Virus record (IMG/VR): IMGVR_UViG_3300047564_003057 | Location: 1 to 26,254 of that record | Length of the DNA: 26,254 bases | DNA from: a virus | Lineage: Duplodnaviria > Caudoviricetes | Direction: 5' to 3' (one strand) | Shown: one piece after another, positions 15,793 to 23,863 of the stretch | Layout of the letters: every line of letters starts with the position of its first letter | Position numbering within the stretch: position 1 is the first letter of the stretch | Program-made: the position numbers and the translations under genes | Notes under the pieces: generated by a model | Databases searched by the model: none | Told to the model about the DNA's origin: nothing | What the model saw: the letters and a program-made list of their open reading frames with translations, nothing else

Positions 15793-17183
15793 ATAGGAAA
15801 AAAATAGCATTTGATATTGGTTCTTGTAAAGGGGAATCTATTGAAAAATTTAAAGATTATGACGAAATTTATTGTTTTGAACCTTGCTCCTTCTCTTTCA
15901 AAAAACTTAAAGAAAACTTTGAAAGTGACTCCAGAATAAAATTTTTTAATGTTGCGATATCAAATAAAAATGGATTATCAAAGTTCTATTTTTATTATCA
16001 TTATGCGTATTCATCATTAAATGAAATTGACAATGAGGGAGAATTTTCCAAATTTTGTGAAGAATTTGATCCTGGATTTGATAAATTGGAAGAAATTGAA
16101 TTGGTTGAAACTTTAAGATTAGACTATTTCATAAATGAAAATAATATAGATTTTATTGATTATTTAAAAATCGATACTCAAGGAAGTGATTTAAATGTTA
16201 TTAAATCTTTGGGAAAAATGATTTCTATAGTAGATACTATAGAACTTGAAGTTCAGTTGAAATCGCTATATAAGAATTCACCATCGGAAGAAGATGTATT
16301 CAATTATATGGAAGAAAATAATTTCTTTCTTTCTTCCAACGAAAGTAATGGTTTGGGATTAGATGAATTTGAAAGAAAATTAATTTTTAAAAATAAAAAT
16401 TTGTCTATACCAGTTATTGGAACTGCGGTTGTAAATAGTTCACATTGGGTTAAACGCCTTTTAAAAAGTATTGATTATCCAGTTGAGAACTTTTTTATTG
16501 TCAATAATAATGGGAAAGGAGAACTTGATGATGAATTGGAAGAACTTAAAAAAGAAAATAATCCTTATGTAAAAAATATAAAAATTTGTAATTTACCTGG
16601 AAATATCGGATGTTCGGGCGCTTGGAATTTAATTATAAAATGCTTTATAATGTCACCATATTGGATTATTGTAAATGATGATGTTGCTTTTGATAAAGGA
16701 TTTTTAGAAGAGATGGTAAATACTTCAAGAGAAAATTCTGATGCTGGTGTTATTCACGGTCTATCTGGAGATTTTGATGTTGGTAGTTGGGATCTTTTCT
16801 TGATAAAAGATTTTGTTATAAAAAAACTTGGTTTGTTTGATGAAAATTGCTATCCAGCATATTGTGAAGATGTGGACTATTTAATGAGATTGATAAATTC
16901 AAATACAAAGCGTATCACATCACTAAATTCAAATTATTTTCATGGAGATGGAAACAAAGAAGAGTATTACACTCACGCGAGTCAAACAAGTAAGAAAGAT
17001 CCAGAATTATCAGTTTTATTAAGATATTCTCATGATCTAAATATGGAATATTTGAATGGTAAATGGGGACCACATTGGAGAGGTTGTAGTCCAAATAAAT
17101 TACCATTCTTAGATAAAGAAAGATCTTTATCCGAAACTACTTATGATTTGGAATTTTTAAGAAAAAAATATACAGGATTTTAA
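15789..17183 (+). CDS. Fusion: FkbM-family methyltransferase and GT2-like glycosyltransferase
   Basis: FDIGSCKG, CFEP, YLKIDTQGSD; then IPVIGTAVVN, NIGCSGAWN, IVNDDV and FDENCYPAYCEDVDY. ATGA overlap with the upstream gene. Confidence 0.8.
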   Translation: MNRKKIAFDIGSCKGESIEKFKDYDEIYCFEPCSFSFKKLKENFESDSRIKFFNVAISNKNGLSKFYFYYHYAYSSLNEIDNEGEFSKFCEEFDPGFDKLEEIELVETLRLDYFINENNIDFIDYLKIDTQGSDLNVIKSLGKMISIVDTIELEVQLKSLYKNSPSEEDVFNYMEENNFFLSSNESNGLGLDEFERKLIFKNKNLSIPVIGTAVVNSSHWVKRLLKSIDYPVENFFIVNNNGKGELDDELEELKKENNPYVKNIKICNLPGNIGCSGAWNLIIKCFIMSPYWIIVNDDVAFDKGFLEEMVNTSRENSDAGVIHGLSGDFDVGSWDLFLIKDFVIKKLGLFDENCYPAYCEDVDYLMRLINSNTKRITSLNSNYFHGDGNKEEYYTHASQTSKKDPELSVLLRYSHDLNMEYLNGKWGPHWRGCSPNKLPFLDKERSLSETTYDLEFLRKKYTGF

Positions 17184-17186
17184 ATT

Positions 17187-17813
17187 ATGGCATTAATATT
17201 AAATGGCGATGGGGCACAAATCAATGACAGATCTAAAGGAACACTTTGGGTTGTAGACAATTACTATAAAGATCCTTATGCTATTAGAGATTTTGCCCTA
17301 CAACAAGAATATGGAGAAGGTGGATTTGGTAGAGGTTTTATGGGAAATAGAACCGGTGAACAATTTATTGTTGATGGTACCAAAGAATCTTTTGAAAGAA
17401 TAATGGGTAAAAAAATCACTAATTGGACAGAAACATATCAAGTTTGTGGGGTTTTTCAATACTGTACAGCAAAAGATCATTTGGTATACCATGCTGATTC
17501 TCAAATGTATGCGGGTGTTGTTTATTTAACTCCGGATGCTCCTTATGAAACTGGAACTTCGTTGATTGCACATAGGAAAACTAGAGTAAGGCACTCAAGT
17601 GAACCAGGTGCAGATGAAATGTGGGCAGATGCTGCTCCTACAGGATGTTTTGTGGATTCAACTCCCTGGCAAGAAGTTGATGTAGTTGGAAATGTATTTA
17701 ACAGATTGGTATTATGGGATGGTCATTGTCCACATACAGCTTCAAAATATTTTGGATTTACTAAAGAGACATCTAGATTATTTCACATATTCTTTTTTGA
17801 TGTTGAAGAATAA
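17187..17813 (+). CDS. 2OG-Fe(II) oxygenase superfamily protein (DUF6445-like)
   Basis: VVDNYYKDP, HxD motif (YHAD), GVVYLTP..P...GT, FNRLVLWD...H, and distal R in SRLFHIFFF. Confidence 0.72.
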   Translation: MALILNGDGAQINDRSKGTLWVVDNYYKDPYAIRDFALQQEYGEGGFGRGFMGNRTGEQFIVDGTKESFERIMGKKITNWTETYQVCGVFQYCTAKDHLVYHADSQMYAGVVYLTPDAPYETGTSLIAHRKTRVRHSSEPGADEMWADAAPTGCFVDSTPWQEVDVVGNVFNRLVLWDGHCPHTASKYFGFTKETSRLFHIFFFDVEE

Positions 17814-17815
17814 TT

Positions 17816-17829
17816 TATAAATATAAATA
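17816..17829 (+). promoter_or_regulatory. Two overlapping perfect T4 late promoter boxes (TATAAATA at 17816 and 17822)
   Basis: Sequence TATAAATATAAATA ends 16 nt before ATG 17846. Confidence 0.8.
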
Positions 17830-17845
17830 AATGTTCTAACCAACA

Positions 17846-19420
17846 ATGGCAAAGATTAAATCACATAAATCAGTTGAGCAAATTGCCAAGAAACATAAGG
17901 TTAGTGTATCTGATATTGAAAAGCAACTTGATATTGGTGTTCCCATTGAACACGAACATACCAAAGATAAAGATTTAGCAAAGGATATTGCCTTACAACA
18001 TCTAGGGGAATTTCCAGACTATTATACCAGACTTTCTAAAATGGAAAAATCAGCAAAGAAACTCAAAGAAGAGCACGAGGAGTCAAGATATTGTCCACTC
18101 TGCGATAAGAGGGAAAAAAGATCTGAGTGTAGTTACGGAGAGAATGCTTGGGATAAGGTCTCTGTAAAAGATGAAGAATATTCAATGGCTAGATCTGAAC
18201 TCAAAACCATTGATGATGCGGTTAAGAAGTTGATGGGTAAAGTTGGAAAAGATGAAGGTAATCTAGAAGCGTGGGTTCAATCTAAAATTACTAAAGCAGC
18301 AGACTATATTGACACTGCTGCTGACTATGTCGCAGGAGGAGAAATGAAAGAGTCAAAATCTCCTCTTGTGGATAAAATTATTGATGAAGAAAAGAAAAAA
18401 ATGAAAGGTGAGGATCCTTGCTGGAAAGGATATGAGATGGTTGGAACTAAGAAAAAAGGTGGTAAAGAAGTTCCCAATTGTGTTCCTAAAGAGTCTGTAA
18501 CTATTCAAGATGCTGATGGAAATGATTATGTTGAGTTTGTTGATTTAATCACTCCAGAACCTCTTATCTCTGAAGCATCAACTCGTCTTCAGGCACAAAC
18601 TGGAAATCTAATTGCTGTTCTACTTTCTTGGAGAGGGAAAACTTATTCTATAACGATGTTCTTCCCACAGGTAAAGATGCCTTCAAGAAAAGATGTGGAG
18701 GAAGAAATACAAAAGGTATATCCAGGTTCAAGAGTTCTTCAGTTTCACGTAACTACTCTAAAAGGAGACCAACCTATTGTTCAAGTTCAAAATACTAAAT
18801 CAAAAAATTATCTTTTGAATAATAAAACTATTGGGGAAGAAACGGATATGAAGAAGCGTGCGGAGGAAAATGAAAAAGCACGCAAAGAAATGATGCAGAC
18901 AAAAGCATATAAAGATATGGTTGCTGCAGTAAGAAAGAAGTTTGATGAAGAAACTGAACTTGATGAAGATGCAGGAATAATCAGTGGTTTGGCGGGACTT
19001 GCTCTCGGGGCAAAGGGCGCTTCATATGCAGCAAAGCATAGCAAAAGAATGAGAGATTATCCAAAAAACTTTGTTAAAGGTATTGTTGACCCAAGAACTT
19101 ATGGTTCCAAAAAGAAAAAAGAGCAAAAAGAAGAGGTTGAAATATCAGAGGGAAAAAAGTCTGAGATGCCTTGTAATAAACCCAAGGCAGAAGCACACGG
19201 TTCAGGAGAAACTGGAAAATCTCACGTTGTAAAAGCGTGTGAAGGTGGAAAAGAAAAACTTATTCGTTTCGGACAAAAGGGAGTTAAAGGTTCACCAAAG
19301 AAAGAAGGAGAGTCTAAAGAATACGCAAGTCGTCGTCATAGGTTCCAAACCAGACACGCTAAGAATATTGCTAAAGGAAGAATGTCTGCTGCTTATTGGG
19401 CAAATAAAGTAAAATGGTAA
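17846..19420 (+). CDS. Mosaic Lys/Glu-rich phage protein (DUF5661-like N-terminus, CxxC module, CWxGY module, basic C-terminal SAAYWA module); possible head-internal polyprotein
   Basis: IEHEHT...IALQHL.EFPDYYTRL; YCPLC; LEAWVQSKITKAADY; PCWKGYEMVGTKKKGGKEVPNCVP; WRGK...MFFP; LIRFGQKG...SAAYWANKVKW. Confidence 0.75.
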   Translation: MAKIKSHKSVEQIAKKHKVSVSDIEKQLDIGVPIEHEHTKDKDLAKDIALQHLGEFPDYYTRLSKMEKSAKKLKEEHEESRYCPLCDKREKRSECSYGENAWDKVSVKDEEYSMARSELKTIDDAVKKLMGKVGKDEGNLEAWVQSKITKAADYIDTAADYVAGGEMKESKSPLVDKIIDEEKKKMKGEDPCWKGYEMVGTKKKGGKEVPNCVPKESVTIQDADGNDYVEFVDLITPEPLISEASTRLQAQTGNLIAVLLSWRGKTYSITMFFPQVKMPSRKDVEEEIQKVYPGSRVLQFHVTTLKGDQPIVQVQNTKSKNYLLNNKTIGEETDMKKRAEENEKARKEMMQTKAYKDMVAAVRKKFDEETELDEDAGIISGLAGLALGAKGASYAAKHSKRMRDYPKNFVKGIVDPRTYGSKKKKEQKEEVEISEGKKSEMPCNKPKAEAHGSGETGKSHVVKACEGGKEKLIRFGQKGVKGSPKKEGESKEYASRRHRFQTRHAKNIAKGRMSAAYWANKVKW

Positions 19421-19444
19421 GATAATTGATATAAAGAGAAAAAT

Positions 19445-21091
19445 ATGAGTGATGTATATCTTGGCAATCCCTTATTAAAAAAGGCAAATACACCGATTGA
19501 ATTTTCTCAGGAGCAAGTCTTAGAATTTATTAATTGTAAAGACGACCCTGTTTACTTTGCAAATAATTATATTAAGATTGTTTCTCTTGATGAGGGTTTG
19601 ACTCAATTTAAACCTTATGACTTTCAAGAAAGATTAATCAATAGGTTTCACAATAATAGATTTAACATTTGCAAGATGCCACGACAGACTGGAAAGTCTA
19701 CTACTGTGGTTTCATATCTTTTACACTATCTCATTTTTAATGATAGTGTAAATATTGGTATTCTAGCAAACAAAGCAGCAACAGCAAGAGAATTGTTACA
19801 AAGACTTGCAACTGCGTATGAAAACTTGCCAAAATGGATGCAACAGGGTATTATATCTTGGAATAAGGGTTCTATTGAGTTAGAAAATGGCAGTAAGATA
19901 TTGGCAGCTTCTACATCTGCGTCTGCTGTCCGAGGCATGTCGTTTAATATCCTCTTCCTCGACGAATTCGCTTTCGTTCCAAACCATATTGCAGACTCGT
20001 TCTTTGCATCTGTTTATCCTACTATTACTTCTGGCAAAAACACAAAAGTCATAATGGTTTCTACCCCACACGGGATGAACCATTTTTACAGGTATTGGAA
20101 TGATGCTGAAAAAGGAAAGAATGAATATATCCCGACAGATGTTCATTGGTCGGAAGTTCCTGGAAGAGATTCTGCTTGGAAAGCACAAACAATTGCAAAC
20201 ACTTCAGAACAACAATTTAAAGTTGAGTTTGAGTGTGAGTTCTTAGGGTCAGTTGACACTTTAATTGCACCATCAAAACTTAAGTCTTTTGTTTATGAAA
20301 ATCCTATTATAAGAAATGCTGGACTAGATGTTTATGAAAATTCAAAGGAAAATCACGATTATGTAATTACTGTTGACGTTGCTAGAGGAGTAAGTGAAGA
20401 TTACTCAGCATTTATTGTCATCGATATTACAGAGTTTCCTCATAGAGTTGTTGCGAAGTATAGGAATAATGAAATAAAACCAATGATGTATCCAAACATT
20501 ATATACGAAGTAGCAAAAAATTACAATAGTGCTTATGTATTATGTGAAGTTAATGACATTGGTGATCAGGTAGCTTCATTACTACATTATGATTTAGAGT
20601 ATCAGAATATTTTAATGTGCTCAATGAGAGGAAGAGCAGGACAATCTGTTGGACAAGGATTTTCTGGAAAGAAAACTCAGATGGGAGTTAAGATGTCCAA
20701 AACCGTTAAGAAGGTCGGAGCACTTAATCTAAAAACAATAATAGAAGAAGATAAACTTATTTTTAATGATTATGAGATTATTGCCGAACTTACAACCTTT
20801 GTTTCAAAACATAATTCATTTGAGGCAGAAGAAGGATGTAATGATGACTTGGCAATGTGTTTAGTCATTTATGCTTGGTTAGTTGCTCAAGATTATTTTA
20901 AAGAATTGACTGACCAAGATATCAGAAAGAGATTATATGACGAACAAAAAAATCAAATAGAGCAAGATATGGCACCATTCGGATTTATACTCGATGGAGT
21001 TAATGATGATAGGTCTTTTGTTGATGATAGTGGGGACAGATGGTATACGGATGAATATGGTGATATGGCATATATGTGGGATTATAGGTAA
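19445..21091 (+). CDS. gp17: T4-like terminase large subunit
   Basis: YLGNPLLK, Walker A PRQTGKST, Walker B ILFLDEFAF, motif III STPHG, nuclease motifs VDVARG and DDLAM; 548 aa with no intein. Confidence 0.97.
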   Translation: MSDVYLGNPLLKKANTPIEFSQEQVLEFINCKDDPVYFANNYIKIVSLDEGLTQFKPYDFQERLINRFHNNRFNICKMPRQTGKSTTVVSYLLHYLIFNDSVNIGILANKAATARELLQRLATAYENLPKWMQQGIISWNKGSIELENGSKILAASTSASAVRGMSFNILFLDEFAFVPNHIADSFFASVYPTITSGKNTKVIMVSTPHGMNHFYRYWNDAEKGKNEYIPTDVHWSEVPGRDSAWKAQTIANTSEQQFKVEFECEFLGSVDTLIAPSKLKSFVYENPIIRNAGLDVYENSKENHDYVITVDVARGVSEDYSAFIVIDITEFPHRVVAKYRNNEIKPMMYPNIIYEVAKNYNSAYVLCEVNDIGDQVASLLHYDLEYQNILMCSMRGRAGQSVGQGFSGKKTQMGVKMSKTVKKVGALNLKTIIEEDKLIFNDYEIIAELTTFVSKHNSFEAEEGCNDDLAMCLVIYAWLVAQDYFKELTDQDIRKRLYDEQKNQIEQDMAPFGFILDGVNDDRSFVDDSGDRWYTDEYGDMAYMWDYR

Positions 21092-21333
21092 TGGAAATAG
21101 ACGACGATATTGATGGTCAAATAAAATTAGGTCATTTATTGTTAAATGATAGGAAGTGTAGGTCTTGCGGACAAATCAAAAATCTTTTAGCAAACTTTTA
21201 TAGAACAAGAAAAAATAGAGGAATGATACCATCATCATACTCATATGAATGTAAAGAATGTACAATAAAAAGAGTAGTTTCTAGTAGGATGGTGTCCAAA
21301 GTCTCAGATAAGTGGGAATATCCTGATTGGTAA
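21091..21333 (+). CDS. Small CxxC...CxxC zinc-binding protein between gp17 and gp18
   Basis: RKCRSCGQIK...FY...YSYECKEC; TAATG stop/start overlap with gp17. Confidence 0.7.
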   Translation: MEIDDDIDGQIKLGHLLLNDRKCRSCGQIKNLLANFYRTRKNRGMIPSSYSYECKECTIKRVVSSRMVSKVSDKWEYPDW

Positions 21334-21374
21334 TCCTGTTCATTGACTGTTTCCCCACTGAAACTTTAGGTTTT

Positions 21375-21410
21375 CCTAAATATTTTTTAGATAAACTGAG
21401 ATTCAGGAGA
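21375..21410 (+). promoter_or_regulatory. Late promoter variant (CCTAAATA) and AGGAGA ribosome binding site of gp18
   Basis: CTAAATA at 21376-21382; AGGAGA at 21405-21410, 7 nt before ATG 21418. Confidence 0.55.
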
Positions 21411-21417
21411 AAATTAA

Positions 21418-23829
21418 ATGGCGACTCCTCAATTATCTCCCGGTGTATTAATCAGGGAGGTTGACCTAACAGTAGGAAGAGCTGATAATGTATTAGATAA
21501 CATTGGTGTTATTGCGGGACCTTTCCCCCTAGGACCAGTTGAGGAACCAATTGATATTACCACAGAGCAAGACTTAATCAATGTCTTTGGTAAGCCTCTT
21601 TCAACAGATGCACAGTATGAGTACTGGATGAGTGCATCTTCTTTCCTCTCATATGGAGGAGTTCTTAAGGTTGTAAGAGCAGATGGATCAAATCTGAGAA
21701 ACGCAAATGTTCTGACTGTTGGAACAGGAAGCACTAACAGCCTCAGAATTAAGAATTTTGATGATTATGAATTAAATTACGCAGATGATATTGCAGATTA
21801 TATTTTTGCTTCAAAGACACCTGGTTCTTGGGCAAATGGTCTTAAAGTTGCCATAATTGATGATAAGGCAGACCAAATAATTAGTGGAATTAGCACCGCA
21901 ACATTTACATTTAATGTAGGTGTAACAACTACTGTAACATACACTTCTGTTGCAACTGAAATTGGTGTTACGACAACTGCGGGTATTTTACTCGGAGATG
22001 AAGTAAGAGGTAATGAAATTGGAGCGGGAACAACCGTTGTTGGTATTTCCACAGGTCTTATTACCTTATCGCAAGCATCTACAGGAACAAATGGTTTTGT
22101 TGAAACTGTAGAATTTGGTTCAACAACAGCATCTGGAGCAGTTCAAGTTGGATTCGCAGTAACCACACCACTTACAAACATAACAGTTGTTGGTGCTGGA
22201 GCAACTTCATCTTTCAACGGATATCTAAAAGCAATTGTTACTGGTGTTGGTGAGGACAGTGTTGATGTTAAAATTGTATCCCGCGTAAGTTCTGCTGGTG
22301 TTGAGACTCCAATTTCTTACGCAGAAGCAACTCCTGGAAATGCTTTCTTAGCAGATGATTCAATTTCATATGTAAATAACTCAGGAGTTTCTGTTGCCAC
22401 AACATCAATTCCAGACGGAGGAGTTCTTGATTGGTATGAAGAGCAAACCATCACTTTGACAAATGGCGGATCTGTTTTCTGGAAATCACTTGCTCCAAAA
22501 CCAGGAACATCCCAGTATGTGGCAGAAAGAAATGGTAAGAGTGATGAAATTCACATTGCTGTTTTTGATGACCTTGGAACAGTTACTGGAGTTAAGGGAA
22601 ATCTTCTTGAGAAGCACATCGGTCTTTCCAAAGCATCCGATGCTGTAAGTGCCATCAATTCTCCAAGAAAGATTTTCTGGAAGAATTATATTGCTCAATT
22701 CTCTGCAAATCTTTATGTTGGAGATAATCCATCGGATGAGGCAAATGATGCAGAAGTTTATTCAACAGCATTCTCATCTGGATTTACTCCAAACACAAAT
22801 ACTCAAGGTTTATGGAACTTAGAGGCACAAGATAGAGAATTCAGTGCTATTGGTAATCAACTATATGTCCTTGCTGGTGGTGTTGATTACAGTTCTGCTG
22901 GAGGAATGAAGGCTGAACTTGGTAAGATTATTAATGCCTACAACTTGTTCTCCAATAGAGATGAAATTGCTGTTGACTTCATTATTCAAGGACCTAGTGG
23001 TGGAGATGATATTTATGAGTCTCAAGCAAAAGCAGCTCAACTGATTTCTATTGCTAATCAGAGAAAAGATTGTATTGCTGTTGTTTCACCACACAGACAA
23101 GGTGTTGTAGACCAAACAAACACCGAGATTCAAACAAATAATATTATTGAGTTCTTTAGTGGAGTTAATAGTTCTTTAGCATCCTCTTCTTATGCTGTAT
23201 TTGATAGTGGATATAAGTACACCTACGATAGATTTAATAACAGATTCCGCTACATTCCTTGCAACCCAGATGTTGCTGGATTGATGGTAAGAACTGCTAT
23301 TAATGCTTATCCTTGGTTCTCACCTGCTGGACAACAAAGAGGTATTTTGAATAATGCCGTTAAACTGGCATATAATCCAAATAAGGCACAAAGAGATCGT
23401 CTTTATCCTCAAAGAGTTAATGCTATCATTAACCAACCTGGAGTAGGAATTCTACTCTTTGGTGATAAGACCGCACTAGGATATGCATCTGCTTTTGATA
23501 GAATCAATGTTCGCCGCCTGTTCTTAACTGTTGAGCAAGCACTCGAAAGAACTGCTCAGGCACAACTCTTCGAACTGAACGACGAACTCACAAGAGCAAA
23601 CTTTGTAAACATTGTTGAACCATATCTCCGTGATGTACAAGCTAAGAGAGGAGTTTATGACTTCCTCGTAGTTTGCGATGCTTCAAATAACACTCCTGAA
23701 GTTATTGATAATAACGAGTTTAGAGCAGATATTTATCTGAAGCCAACCAAATCTATTAACTATGTAACACTAACCTTCATTGCTACACGCACTGGGGTAA
23801 GTTTTGAAGAAGTTGCTGGTAGAGTTTGA
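21418..23829 (+). CDS. gp18: Contractile tail sheath protein
   Basis: LSPGVLIREVDLT, FGKP, PWFSPAGQQRG, FGDKT...SAFDRINVRRLF, FELND and IYLKPTKSINYVTLTF. Confidence 0.97.
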   Translation: MATPQLSPGVLIREVDLTVGRADNVLDNIGVIAGPFPLGPVEEPIDITTEQDLINVFGKPLSTDAQYEYWMSASSFLSYGGVLKVVRADGSNLRNANVLTVGTGSTNSLRIKNFDDYELNYADDIADYIFASKTPGSWANGLKVAIIDDKADQIISGISTATFTFNVGVTTTVTYTSVATEIGVTTTAGILLGDEVRGNEIGAGTTVVGISTGLITLSQASTGTNGFVETVEFGSTTASGAVQVGFAVTTPLTNITVVGAGATSSFNGYLKAIVTGVGEDSVDVKIVSRVSSAGVETPISYAEATPGNAFLADDSISYVNNSGVSVATTSIPDGGVLDWYEEQTITLTNGGSVFWKSLAPKPGTSQYVAERNGKSDEIHIAVFDDLGTVTGVKGNLLEKHIGLSKASDAVSAINSPRKIFWKNYIAQFSANLYVGDNPSDEANDAEVYSTAFSSGFTPNTNTQGLWNLEAQDREFSAIGNQLYVLAGGVDYSSAGGMKAELGKIINAYNLFSNRDEIAVDFIIQGPSGGDDIYESQAKAAQLISIANQRKDCIAVVSPHRQGVVDQTNTEIQTNNIIEFFSGVNSSLASSSYAVFDSGYKYTYDRFNNRFRYIPCNPDVAGLMVRTAINAYPWFSPAGQQRGILNNAVKLAYNPNKAQRDRLYPQRVNAIINQPGVGILLFGDKTALGYASAFDRINVRRLFLTVEQALERTAQAQLFELNDELTRANFVNIVEPYLRDVQAKRGVYDFLVVCDASNNTPEVIDNNEFRADIYLKPTKSINYVTLTFIATRTGVSFEEVAGRV

Positions 23830-23849
23830 TTAGATAAATTAATTACAGA

Positions 23850-23855
23850 AGGAGG
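23850..23855 (+). promoter_or_regulatory. Strong ribosome binding site (AGGAGG) of gp19
   Basis: AGGAGG 8 nt before ATG 23864. Confidence 0.7.
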
Positions 23856-23863
23856 ACTCAAAA

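Noticed and set aside
17187-17813. Oxygenase as a prolyl 4-hydroxylase for the collagen
   Set aside because: The triplets contain no Pro apart from the terminal GPV/GPG, so there is essentially no substrate.
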